DNA from: Patescibacteria group bacterium
GTDB lineage: Bacteria > Patescibacteriota > Minisyncoccia > UBA6257 > JACRHW01
Reading direction: 5' to 3'
Length of the DNA: 64,000 nucleotides
Assembly: GCA_028865725.1 (NCBI GenBank)
Contig: JAGWJP010000002.1
Location: 168,050-232,049, forward strand
The notes beneath the pieces are model-generated. The model had not been told where the DNA came from, did no database searches, and saw nothing but the letters and a program-made list of their open reading frames with translations. Position numbers and translations under genes: made by a program. This document shows, piece after piece, positions 22,434 through 32,317 of the stretch. Within the stretch, counting starts at the first letter, position 1; each line of letters begins with the position of its first letter.

Positions 22434-22565
22434 ATGTAAACGTCATGCATAGTATCGCCTATTCCACAAAAATCATCAACAGAAACGAAGCTCCCCGAAA
22501 GAAACTTTGACACTTAATATATACTATGTTAATATTTGTCCATTCTGCAGCGGAGGTTCATTGCA

Positions 22566-22817
22566 ATGTGTACCTGCGGAAGAAATTGGGTAGACGTGCA
22601 AATGCCAAGTGGAAGAATATATTTTGGGGTACTCAATGCATATACTCAATACAATAGAAAGAAGAATGAATATGAAGTTATTATTCAGCGAGTGGGAGAG
22701 GGGGATACATGCGTTATGAGATCGGATTATGCTTTTAGCGCTCGTGAAATATGTGACCGTATCAATGAGGCTGTCCAATATGATCCTTCCTCAAAGATCC
22801 CCGCTGTCCCTCATTAA
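22566..22817 (+). CDS. Small hypothetical protein
   Basis: GGAGGT SD before MCTCG; TTGACA-17-TAATAT promoter; hairpin terminator near 22897-22921. Confidence 0.6.
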   Translation: MCTCGRNWVDVQMPSGRIYFGVLNAYTQYNRKKNEYEVIIQRVGEGDTCVMRSDYAFSAREICDRINEAVQYDPSSKIPAVPH

Positions 22818-23079
22818 TGCTCCTCGAGTCCTTCCTCTTGCAAGCGAACTTCTTACACGTTACACGTACGCGTTACATTTCGGGCACAAATAACCATACC
22901 GCCCCCTTCCGGGTGGTTTTTCTATCGCGAGAAAACCCCTTACTTGAGACCGTGGGAGGTACCATTTCAATTCGATGCCTGTTCCTCACAAATCAGCAGT
23001 TTACCTTGACAAATAACATGAGTGTTTGTTTAAATAGGTTCAGCATATTTCACAATAAAAAAGAAAAGGAGGATTCTTC

Positions 23080-23931
23080 ATGAGACTTCTGAAACAACTT
23101 GATTGGACTAATCTTGTTCTCTGGCCCGTGGTATACTTCACCCTTTTCTTCATCATCGTAGCACTCACCACGAATGCGCCATTCAATGCAAATACCTTCT
23201 TATTTATTGCCCTCGCCGTACTTTTTTATACGAAATGTACCCATGTAATCGTCGACTCAAATGCAAGATTTCGGTCTTACACACTGACGATATGGAGCGG
23301 AGTATTAGTCATACTGGAAGTCTTGAGTGCATTAATTATGCTGTGTGCCGGAGTTTATTGTTCGAATTCTCTATATAGCATCACCCCTTCCAAAGGAGAC
23401 ACGATGCTCTTCGGCTATTTTTTCACTACCGTAGGGATTGCGTGGCTTTATCTCACAATATGTTCATTCACCCTGCGTACACGCTATGTCGTCCCTCCAC
23501 ACACATTGGTAGTACTCGACGGAATGGTCCTCTATCCTGGAATGGAATTCAAAATATTTCCATGGATCAAGTATAATTGGAAAGCGTTTGAAGCAACGAT
23601 TCCTGTTACGGATATAGTGCGCATCGAATGTATGGACGGAACGCAAGAAATCGCGTTCTCCGCAACAGTGAAGATCGACACGGATCTTGCGCAACAACAG
23701 GGCATCGCGAACGTGCCCATCTCCTTTACCAAAAACGTGGAACAAATCGTGCGCGAAGAAATAAAAAGAATCTTTAGGGAAAGAGCTCAATCACAGACAC
23801 TCGGTCACTTCCTTACCGCTCCTTTCGAGGAAGAGAAACGATTTTCCATTGAAAACATTCCCTTCGTATGGAACGGGGAAGGAACATTCATGCTCCCTCG
23901 CTTTCCTATTCCGGTGAAACATCGTGCATGA
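23080..23931 (+). CDS. Membrane protein with a possible degenerate SPFH-like C-terminal domain
   Basis: Four TM segments, then VVPP..VV..G..L.PG..F..PW; AAGGAGG SD. Confidence 0.6.
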   Translation: MRLLKQLDWTNLVLWPVVYFTLFFIIVALTTNAPFNANTFLFIALAVLFYTKCTHVIVDSNARFRSYTLTIWSGVLVILEVLSALIMLCAGVYCSNSLYSITPSKGDTMLFGYFFTTVGIAWLYLTICSFTLRTRYVVPPHTLVVLDGMVLYPGMEFKIFPWIKYNWKAFEATIPVTDIVRIECMDGTQEIAFSATVKIDTDLAQQQGIANVPISFTKNVEQIVREEIKRIFRERAQSQTLGHFLTAPFEEEKRFSIENIPFVWNGEGTFMLPRFPIPVKHRA

Positions 23932-24082
23932 TCAAAAAGCCCCTTAAAGGGGCGTTTTTATTGCTCGTTTTAAGATTATTAAGTATAATCATGATGTTTT
24001 TGAAACTCATGCTCTCACAGTGAAGTGGCCCCCGCACCAAAGCAAAGCTTGGTACAGGGCAGGTATCACAACCGCTTGTCAT

Positions 24083-24154
24083 GCCCCTGTAGCTTAATGG
24101 ATAAAGTACTGGTCTTCGAAACCAGCCATGGGGGTTCGATTCCCTCCAGGGGCA
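24083..24154 (+). tRNA. tRNA-Arg(TCG)
   Basis: CTGGT-CTTCGAA-ACCAG anticodon arm; GGTTCGATTCC. Confidence 0.93.
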
Positions 24155-24190
24155 CTCACTAACAAGAAAAAGTATTGCATAAGAATATCT

Positions 24191-24655
24191 ATGAACAAAA
24201 GAACTTTTATTATCACCGTCTTTATTCTCATAGCTCTCGTTGCAGGAGGGGCGTATCTCTATCTGCGCCAGGTACAGCAACGCATTGTTCTTGAGATGAA
24301 AACAGCTTCTTCGGAAACTACATTTACCTTGTATCCGGATGGATCTGCGCGCTTCACTGAAAAAGACGGCTCCACAACACAAGAACCGCTCAACTTTAAC
24401 GCGGGAACGTTTACGCGTGACGACATCGACATGGTGCATCGTTCGCTTCTCACCAACAACTTCTCTTCGCTTCACGATGCGCTTCAACAGTCCGAAAGCA
24501 CGAGCGGCGACGCATTATTTACTCTGAGTACGGGGGGGCATACGGTACGCTGCTATAAAACCACCTGCGATCCTGCGTTTCAAAATATTATCGATGCGCT
24601 CGCAGGATTATGGAAAGAGAAGGCACAGCAGGCTACTCCTACTTCGCTTCAATAA
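24191..24655 (+). CDS. Membrane-anchored hypothetical protein
   Basis: N-terminal TM (MNKRTFIITVFILIALVAGG); the longer ORF overlaps the tRNA. Confidence 0.7.
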   Translation: MNKRTFIITVFILIALVAGGAYLYLRQVQQRIVLEMKTASSETTFTLYPDGSARFTEKDGSTTQEPLNFNAGTFTRDDIDMVHRSLLTNNFSSLHDALQQSESTSGDALFTLSTGGHTVRCYKTTCDPAFQNIIDALAGLWKEKAQQATPTSLQ

Positions 24656-24720
24656 CTCGCCATTCGTACAAGACATTCTTTTGTAACGTAACGTGTGAGC
24701 CTAATGTCTGAATACTACTC

Positions 24721-26850
24721 ATGTCTCTTGATACCCCACTCTCTTCATTTCCTCGCATTGGACCAAAATCAGCGGCTCATCTTAAACGCCTTGGCCTCAC
24801 GACCGCGCGTGATCTTTTGTTTTATTTTCCAACACGCTATGAAGATCTTTCATCGCTTACTGCAATTGGCGCCCTCAGGCCTGGTACGCACGCCGTAATA
24901 CAGGGAACCATTATTCGCGTTTATACGCACCGTTCATTCCGCAAACATATGGCCATTACAGAAATTGTGGTCGAGGATAACACGGGCGCCATAAAAGCCA
25001 TTTGGTTTAATCAACCCTATATCGGCAAGGCTCTCGGCGAAGGCGCGACAGTCAATCTTGCCGGAAAAGTTATCGAAGATGCGCACGGAATCTATCTCAC
25101 GAACCCGCTCTACGAACTCGTCACCTCGCCTCATCAACACACGAGGCATACAGGACGCATTATTCCTATCTACCGCGAAACACGCGGCGTGACTTCCAAG
25201 GCAATCCGTTACTTTCTCACCTCTCTTCTCGAAATCATAAAAGAACTCCCCGAATATCTTCCCGAAGAAGTCTTAACGCGGCGCAATTTCCCCACACTGT
25301 CAAACGCTCTTCAAAATGTGCACTACCCCGAAACATTATCTGCTGCAGAACGTGCGCGTGCGCGCTTTATGTTTGAACATCTCTTTTTGGTTTCGCTGGC
25401 ACGAGAACTGAAGACCAAAAAAGAAGCGCACAAAGGAACTCCTCTTGTTATTCATCTCCCAGAAATCAAGCAATGTATCGATACCCTTCCTTTTGCGCTT
25501 ACGGAAGCGCAAAAGGAAGCTGTATGGATAATTTTGAAGGACATGGCAGAGGAAAAACCTATGCAACGCCTCTTAAATGGGGACGTGGGATCAGGAAAAA
25601 CGGTAGTCGCTGCACTTGCGGCATACAATACTATTCTCAATGCACGACAAGTGGTGGTAATGGCGCCTACTGAAATTCTCGCCCTGCAACATTTTCATAC
25701 ATTTTCAAATCTCTTCCGCAATCTCCCTATCGCGATCGGCATGCTTGCGGGGAAAAATACCTCCTATGCCTTCGAGGGGCTCTCCTCCCCCACAAAAAAG
25801 AAAACGCTTCTCGAAAATATCAAAAACGGCTCCGTGCATATCGTGATCGGCACGCATGCGCTCATTCAAAAAGAAACCTCATTCGCACATCCCGCACTCA
25901 TCGTCATCGACGAACAGCACCGCTTTGGGGTTGCCCAACGCACACACTTGATGGCCGCAGAACACGCCATTCATGGTACAATCCCCCATCTCCTCAGCAT
26001 GACCGCCACGCCTATCCCGCGCACGCTTGCACTCACAATCTTTGGCGACATGGATATCTCCATCCTGAATGAAATGCCAAAAGGAAGAAAAAAAATCATC
26101 ACCTCGGTCATTCCTCCCGAAAAACGTGCCGCCTCTTATGCGTTTATCCGCGAAGAAGTAAAAAAAGGATTTCAAACATTTGTCATCTGTCCGCGCATAG
26201 AGGCCGCTTCTTCAGGAGAAGACAACAACCACAGGCCTCCTACAAAACAAAAAACACTCTGGCTTGAGGTCAAAACAGTAACCGAAGAATATGAAAAACT
26301 ACAGAAGCAAGTGTTCCCCGATCTCCGTGTGGGTATGCTCCATGGCAAAATGAAGCCGGATGAAAAAGAACACATCATGCGCGCATTTGCAAATCAAAAA
26401 CTTGATATTCTCGTATCCACATCGGTCGTCGAAGTAGGCGTTGATATTCCGAACGCGACCGTCATGCTGATCGAAAGCGCGGAGCGATTTGGTCTTGCGC
26501 AACTTCATCAATTCCGCGGCCGCATTGGGAGAAACACGCATCAATCCTACTGCCTTCTCTTTACCACCTCGCTCTCTCAACTCGAAGCACGGCGCCTCAC
26601 CGCACTCACCAAAACCCAAAGCGGTTTTGTGCTTGCGGAAATGGATTTGAAACTGCGCGGTCCTGGCGAGTTTTTGGGCGAGGAGCAAAGCGGATGGTCT
26701 GACATGGTAATGGCGGCATTGCGGAATCCTGCCATGCTCTCCCATGCCGAAGAGGATGCACGGGCGTTTCTCCGCGAACACTCTCTTCGTGAATTTCCTG
26801 ATCTCATCAAGAAACTCGATGAATTCACCGGCACCCTCAATCTTGTGTAA
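24721..26850 (+). CDS. recG: ATP-dependent DNA helicase RecG
   Basis: GDVGSGKT, DEQHRFG, MTATPIPRTL, QLHQFRGRIGR, DLKLRGPGE. Confidence 0.98.
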   Translation: MSLDTPLSSFPRIGPKSAAHLKRLGLTTARDLLFYFPTRYEDLSSLTAIGALRPGTHAVIQGTIIRVYTHRSFRKHMAITEIVVEDNTGAIKAIWFNQPYIGKALGEGATVNLAGKVIEDAHGIYLTNPLYELVTSPHQHTRHTGRIIPIYRETRGVTSKAIRYFLTSLLEIIKELPEYLPEEVLTRRNFPTLSNALQNVHYPETLSAAERARARFMFEHLFLVSLARELKTKKEAHKGTPLVIHLPEIKQCIDTLPFALTEAQKEAVWIILKDMAEEKPMQRLLNGDVGSGKTVVAALAAYNTILNARQVVVMAPTEILALQHFHTFSNLFRNLPIAIGMLAGKNTSYAFEGLSSPTKKKTLLENIKNGSVHIVIGTHALIQKETSFAHPALIVIDEQHRFGVAQRTHLMAAEHAIHGTIPHLLSMTATPIPRTLALTIFGDMDISILNEMPKGRKKIITSVIPPEKRAASYAFIREEVKKGFQTFVICPRIEAASSGEDNNHRPPTKQKTLWLEVKTVTEEYEKLQKQVFPDLRVGMLHGKMKPDEKEHIMRAFANQKLDILVSTSVVEVGVDIPNATVMLIESAERFGLAQLHQFRGRIGRNTHQSYCLLFTTSLSQLEARRLTALTKTQSGFVLAEMDLKLRGPGEFLGEEQSGWSDMVMAALRNPAMLSHAEEDARAFLREHSLREFPDLIKKLDEFTGTLNLV

Positions 26851-26915
26851 CGGCAATGCAAGCACAACCAAAATTAAAAATCGCCTCGTGGGGCGATTTT
26901 GTTTCTCTCGCAAAT

Positions 26916-28055
26916 TTAGAGATTAAGAAACAACGTGGCTACACTGTTTCGGATCTGTTCGTCGATTTTATCCCGCGCACTCCACCCAGATTTCTCGTAG
27001 TACGTATTATAAACACTCTTCACATACGCTTTGTTTTCTACACCCGTCATGAGGACAAAGGCGTATCCGCCGGTATTGTGACAATATACATCCAGAGCAT
27101 AACATGTGCGAGAATACGGTATAATCTCAAATGTTCCTATAGAGACGGTAAACACGCCGCGCTCGTCAAACGTAAAACGGGGGGTGGGCGTCATCGTTCC
27201 CGAGAACACGCGAACCATCGCCTCATTACATTTTTGGTCGAGTTGGCCAGGCGTTACTACACCATTCTGTTTACCGAGCACAAAATCAACGAAAGCCAAC
27301 TTTGTCGTATGATCTTCCTTGTATCTTTTTTCTTGTTCTTTTTTCATCCTATCGAACAAACCTACCGCGCGTAGATCCTCTTCATTAAGAGGAAATCCAC
27401 ACATTTTCGTCCATTCGCCCCTAAAAGAAACGGTGATATTCTGTAAGTCGGGATCCAAATAAAAACATAAGCATCGATCCTGATATTCCAGCTTACCCAT
27501 ATCTTGGGAATCCCACCGAAACATTCGAGCCTTATAGCAGTACGCAAGCGCGTGGAGCATCTCCGCTCTCCATGCGTATACATCCTGCGTCTCGTTCAAT
27601 ACAAAACAGGTACCCTTGTGTTTCGCAGCAAGGGTGTCATTGATGAAGCTCAGCGCATTATGTAAAACATTCACTTCTCTTCTTGCAATTTCAGTACCCC
27701 ATCGCGCCTTTATCGCAATACGCAATGCCGTTGCTTCCATGGAATTAGGATGAAAGACTGTCTTACTCTCGCCCCCGAGAGTAATCGTAGCATACCCTTG
27801 CTGATCCATAACCACACGAATAGGAAGTCCTTTATAGGAAGTCGAAGCGTCTACTGCGTCAAAAAAAGGATTAATAAAATAAAGGAGGGCCTTCCATGAG
27901 ACATGCGGATCGTTCAAAAGATGGACGACCTTCTCCGTCACACGAAATGTAGGATCATTAAATGGAGAATTGTTCATCTGCGCTCCCGCATATCCCGCGG
28001 TCACAAGGAATATGAACGCAAAAAGCATAGAGAAGATTCTTCCCATGCGTTGCAT
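26916..28055 (-). CDS. Secreted hypothetical protein
   Basis: Signal peptide (..AGYAGA-Q); GGGAGG SD before MQRMG. Confidence 0.7.
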   Translation of the reverse strand: MQRMGRIFSMLFAFIFLVTAGYAGAQMNNSPFNDPTFRVTEKVVHLLNDPHVSWKALLYFINPFFDAVDASTSYKGLPIRVVMDQQGYATITLGGESKTVFHPNSMEATALRIAIKARWGTEIARREVNVLHNALSFINDTLAAKHKGTCFVLNETQDVYAWRAEMLHALAYCYKARMFRWDSQDMGKLEYQDRCLCFYLDPDLQNITVSFRGEWTKMCGFPLNEEDLRAVGLFDRMKKEQEKRYKEDHTTKLAFVDFVLGKQNGVVTPGQLDQKCNEAMVRVFSGTMTPTPRFTFDERGVFTVSIGTFEIIPYSRTCYALDVYCHNTGGYAFVLMTGVENKAYVKSVYNTYYEKSGWSARDKIDEQIRNSVATLFLNL

Positions 28056-28147
28056 GATATCTTCCTCCCTATTCTCAAAGACCCAATCAGAGTAAAACAA
28101 ACCGAGCGAGAAAAGTCAACAAAAAGAGAAAGCCCCGCAAAGGGGGC

Positions 28148-28741
28148 TTAGTGTTCTTGTTGGTGCAGCATACTGTCGACGCACTCCTCGTAAGTTTTAA
28201 TTTCGGTACGTAATCCCTCAACTGAGGCAATCAAAGATCCGCCATGGCCTTTCATAAAATGCATAGCCTGCTCCGACACTTCTTGAAATGAAGGATGATC
28301 CTGCAACGCCAGCCAGTACCACACGGGACGCAATGGCAGATTATCGGTGCCACCTAAACGTAGGGTAGCTGATGTTGCCCATCCACTCGCAGGGGTACGG
28401 TTCAAAGAGAATTCGTTGACTACAGCCCCAATGTGAATCTGCATCATGGTGAGATAACGAATGATTTCGTTATACTCGCCCGTGTCATTGAGACGCGTCG
28501 CCTGTGCGATGAGCGGCGGAAGATTTCCCGTATGGCGATTCCAATTAAGGATGAGATTAAAAAAACTTACGAAAGAAGCAACTGGATTATGAGTGGACCG
28601 TTCGCACACGCTTATCATGCTTGCGAGTTCATCGGAAAAACGGACCCAATCGGTCGAAAGGACGATCAAACCCTCCATGAAAGACTTTGAAAATCTATTT
28701 CCGCACCATGCGCGAAGCCATTTTAAAATATGTATCGCCAT
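28148..28741 (-). CDS. Hypothetical protein, paralog of 29213-29785
   Basis: Shared LGGTD.LP..P.W.WL and VS.QAM.F motifs. Confidence 0.75.
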   Translation of the reverse strand: MAIHILKWLRAWCGNRFSKSFMEGLIVLSTDWVRFSDELASMISVCERSTHNPVASFVSFFNLILNWNRHTGNLPPLIAQATRLNDTGEYNEIIRYLTMMQIHIGAVVNEFSLNRTPASGWATSATLRLGGTDNLPLRPVWYWLALQDHPSFQEVSEQAMHFMKGHGGSLIASVEGLRTEIKTYEECVDSMLHQQEH

Positions 28742-28943
28742 TCCATCTTCTCCTTCACGGTTCTGACAAATATAATACTACAAAAATATAATCATGTCAA
28801 TTTTCCCTGGGAGGTGGTGTAAAGAGGCAGTAATAAGGATTTATCCTATCCAATTAAAAAATAACCCTCCACGGGCTTGCGCGCGGGATATTCGCTCTCC
28901 CGAGTCTAATAAAAAAGACCCGAAAAGGGTCTCAGTGTTTTCT

Positions 28944-29216
28944 TCAACTGTACACACGATGATCTGTCTCTTGATACAACGTGCGATTATCAATCTCTAT
29001 AACTGTCGCGCCGAATGCTTCAAAAAACTCTTTTGCAAATTCAAGCTCCTCATGAGAAAGGCCATGAATCCATACGGGAGTCATCCAGTTTCCTGGAAGC
29101 ACGCGATGAGGAAATAAATCCACTCCATGACAGGCAAGAGTCGTTCCTCCCACTTGTACTCCGGGAACTATACGTATGTTTGCCATTCCATCTTCTCCTG
29201 TCTCTTCTTCAGTCAA
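28944..29216 (-). CDS. Small hypothetical protein
   Basis: ATGA overlap with the upstream gene; alternative start at 29186 after AGGAG. Confidence 0.55.
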   Translation of the reverse strand: MTEEETGEDGMANIRIVPGVQVGGTTLACHGVDLFPHRVLPGNWMTPVWIHGLSHEELEFAKEFFEAFGATVIEIDNRTLYQETDHRVYS

Positions 29217-29785
29217 TAATTCCGTTCAAGCTTTTTATTTTTATACGTTTCAATCTCGTGCAAGAGCGCCTGCGCCGCCATGATCATTGGCTCTGCATGA
29301 TCCCTGATAAACTCCATCGCCTGCTGAGACACTACTCGAAACTTTGGGTCTTCATGCTTTTCCAGCCAGAACCATATCGGCTGCATCGGAAGTCCATCAG
29401 TACCGCCCAAATACACCGTACCCCGCGTGATCGCCTCACCTCTTGAGGTACGATTCCAGTTTGATTCACCCATCACGGCCGCAATATGGCGCTGAAGGAT
29501 CTTCAAATTCTTAATAACTTCACTATATCGATCCTCGCCATTCTTGCGGGAAAAACATTCGGTAAGCGTGGCGATGTCCCCTATGTTTTCAGAGAACTCC
29601 TCTACTTCCTTGAAAAATCCAGCAAAGTAATACACTGGATTAGTAGGACAAAATTCGCATAACCTGAGTAAAAAATTCAATCGATGGGAGAGAAGATAAT
29701 ACTCAAAGTATCTCTTACTCAAACTCTCCATCGGTGAAACTAAGCTATCCCCCAAAAACGTCCACGCCCGCTGAAGCAGATTCAT
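29213..29785 (-). CDS. Hypothetical protein, paralog of 28148-28741
   Basis: Same shared motifs; AAGGAGG SD; TTGACA-17-TATACT promoter. Confidence 0.75.
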   Translation of the reverse strand: MNLLQRAWTFLGDSLVSPMESLSKRYFEYYLLSHRLNFLLRLCEFCPTNPVYYFAGFFKEVEEFSENIGDIATLTECFSRKNGEDRYSEVIKNLKILQRHIAAVMGESNWNRTSRGEAITRGTVYLGGTDGLPMQPIWFWLEKHEDPKFRVVSQQAMEFIRDHAEPMIMAAQALLHEIETYKNKKLERNY

Positions 29786-29933
29786 TTTTTATTCCTCCTT
29801 TTCATGGTTCTGATGAGTAGTATAATATGGAAATGAAATCATGTCAATATTCGGTGTGACGCGGAGACTGAATCGCACTTTCCCCTTTTTTTCCATTTAA
29901 AATTTGCACACTTGCTCATGCATAGACGCCTCC

Positions 29934-31502
29934 TTACTTCTTCGTTCTTGATTTCGGCGTCACCCAGTAGCCCATATAATGCCCGAGCATCAGGCGCGTC
30001 TGCGCTTCGAGTGCGGGAATGCTCCCAAGCGTCACCGCCGTAAGCGGCGTGATAAACCATTGCAAAAACATCCACACGTACTTGAACTTGCCATAGTTCA
30101 CCGGCTTTGGCGGTAAGAGCCACATGCTCAAGACCGCCGATGTCACAAGCCCGAACATCGCGAGTGTCATAATGTCACGGGTGAGATACGGAAGATTGTA
30201 GGAGAGAAGGGTCACTCGAAAGCTCTTCGGGCCCACAAAGACAGGAAGCCACCCCAGCAAAAACATCATGATGCTATTCGTCGCCCATGACCAAAACCCA
30301 TCGACAAGCTGAAGCGTGTGAAAAAACTTATGTTTCCATGACAATCGCTTATTGCGCACCGCATTAAACACAAAATAAGGAAGATTCTCCACTCCGTACC
30401 CCCAGCGACGCTGCTGTTTATATTGATTCACAATCGTACCCCAGAACTTCGGCGCCACGTTTGCATCCATCGTGACAGGATAGTAGAGCGGGACCACTGT
30501 CCAATCGCCGTTAAAATGCAAGAAGAGCTGATAAAAAATGCGCGAATCCTCTGACACCATGTTCGTCTGCCAGCAACCGATTTCCACGAGCGGCTGAAAT
30601 GCCATCGAGTGTGAAGAAAACGTAATTAAGCGCTCGGGGCGTGCCTGTTGCGTCATCTGCCAAAATGTAGAACCAAAACTCAGAACGCGGGCAAACGCAG
30701 GCGCCTCCCAAATGTTATTCGTAAAAAGCGGGATAGGCTGAAAACTCGAACGAAGCGGCTTCTCCGCCGTAAGATAGTGGTAGGTGAGACAGTGAAAATA
30801 GCCTGGCATCACATGGGTGTCCACATCAAACACCGATACCACAATGCGCTCATAGGGAATGCCGAGGGGATCAATAACCTTGCGCTGCGCTTCACGCGCC
30901 GCCCATGTTTCGTTTGATCCCTTGCCCGGCATCTCTCCTTCGATATCCGCCGGATGATGACTAATGACAAAATGAGAAAACCGCACGCCGTAAGCCTCTT
31001 TGATGCGCTGTCCCACCTCACGCGCCGCCTCTCCTGCACGCTCCTCAAGCCCCAACACAATAATCATCTTCTCTTGCGGATACTTTGTCGCGAGAAGCGC
31101 CTCCATACTTTCTTGTACCACCTCGAACGGCTCGTTATACATGGGAAGGATCACCAAATGCCATATCTCACCCCACCGAGACACAGGAACCTTATACTGC
31201 GAAGGAGAAAGCGCATCCAGTTTCGCGTTCCAATCCGTGTTCATGTGTTCAAATGTCTTCCGGTATCCAACCCGCAAATGCACAGACATGTAAACCGTTT
31301 TCAGAAACCAATACACATCAAAAAAAATAATAAACACGGCGACAAAAAAAGGCACCACAAAACTCAAACCAATGAGCACGATGAGCGTGCTCCAACTCAA
31401 AAGTCCGGGTATTACTTCAAGCGTGCGATACCAAAAACGCTCGGAAGATCCGCGCGGAAGCTCTGATGCCCTCCCGATTTTGAGATAGTTTAACTGTGCC
31501 AT
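29934..31502 (-). CDS. Membrane glycosyltransferase family 2
   Basis: ILPMYNE, GKGSN, DVD, SED and QQRRW motifs; multiple TM segments. Confidence 0.9.
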   Translation of the reverse strand: MAQLNYLKIGRASELPRGSSERFWYRTLEVIPGLLSWSTLIVLIGLSFVVPFFVAVFIIFFDVYWFLKTVYMSVHLRVGYRKTFEHMNTDWNAKLDALSPSQYKVPVSRWGEIWHLVILPMYNEPFEVVQESMEALLATKYPQEKMIIVLGLEERAGEAAREVGQRIKEAYGVRFSHFVISHHPADIEGEMPGKGSNETWAAREAQRKVIDPLGIPYERIVVSVFDVDTHVMPGYFHCLTYHYLTAEKPLRSSFQPIPLFTNNIWEAPAFARVLSFGSTFWQMTQQARPERLITFSSHSMAFQPLVEIGCWQTNMVSEDSRIFYQLFLHFNGDWTVVPLYYPVTMDANVAPKFWGTIVNQYKQQRRWGYGVENLPYFVFNAVRNKRLSWKHKFFHTLQLVDGFWSWATNSIMMFLLGWLPVFVGPKSFRVTLLSYNLPYLTRDIMTLAMFGLVTSAVLSMWLLPPKPVNYGKFKYVWMFLQWFITPLTAVTLGSIPALEAQTRLMLGHYMGYWVTPKSRTKK

Positions 31503-31586
31503 AACAATTGCTCTTGGTTTTACTATACAAAAATTATATCTGCAAGAAAAGAAAAAAGGCATCATGATGCCTTCTTGAAGCGTACA

Positions 31587-32198
31587 CTACCTCCGAAACA
31601 CCTTTTCCTTCACTCCATCAGGAGTAACAAGGTGCACTCGTATCTGCCCGCCTGTAGTAATATTTACTTTTGAAATGGACTGCATAATAGTGTGCATTAG
31701 CGCAATTGCCTCTCCCTCAGTATAGATCTTTCCTGCGTGCATCATTAATGCGACACAGGCCGACTCTGCTCCTATCCCTATTCCTGCATACCTTTCTTTT
31801 GTTCGTGAAAACACAAGATTCTTATCGGAAAACTGATAAAGGAAACATTTGTGATTGCGGGGGTCACATCCCGCAAGAAAAAACTCGATCTCTTTGTGAG
31901 AATGCTTTTTCAAAAATTCGCATACTCGCCTGACCTTTTTCGCAACAGAAAGATTCTTTTCTCGCACCTGCTTCATTTCCTCTTCACAACTCTCTACCAC
32001 TTCAATAAGCAAGGAAAGGTTCCCGGATATACCCAAAACAAGATGGGGATCAAGCATAAATACCTTCCGGTAAGATTCCGTGGTAATTTTATCTCCGGCA
32101 TTGATACGCCCGTCACTCCCCACAATCACTACAGGTACTTCTTTGGTGCCTGTCTGAAGCGTGGCGAGAAACCCTACGATCGCAGTCACTATGCTCAT
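31587..32198 (-). CDS. Second proteasome beta-like (Ntn-fold) subunit, degenerate
   Basis: TAIVG, SDGRINAG, RKVFMLD, LGISG, FFLAG, GIG in place of GSG, TGGQIRV..VTPDG. Confidence 0.8.
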   Translation of the reverse strand: MSIVTAIVGFLATLQTGTKEVPVVIVGSDGRINAGDKITTESYRKVFMLDPHLVLGISGNLSLLIEVVESCEEEMKQVREKNLSVAKKVRRVCEFLKKHSHKEIEFFLAGCDPRNHKCFLYQFSDKNLVFSRTKERYAGIGIGAESACVALMMHAGKIYTEGEAIALMHTIMQSISKVNITTGGQIRVHLVTPDGVKEKVFRR

Positions 32199-32290
32199 CC
32201 TTTCTTTGTGCAATGAACTAATTTCACCCTACCGCGAACAAAAAAAACGTGCAAATAGCCTTCTACGGGCTTACGCCCGGGTCTAATAAA

Positions 32291-32310
32291 AAAGAGGGGG
32301 ACTCCCTCTT
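32291..32310 (-). terminator. Intrinsic terminator after prcA
   Basis: AAGAGGG-AGTCCC-CCTCTT hairpin followed by a U tract on the minus strand. Confidence 0.6.
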
Positions 32311-32317
32311 AAAATAA

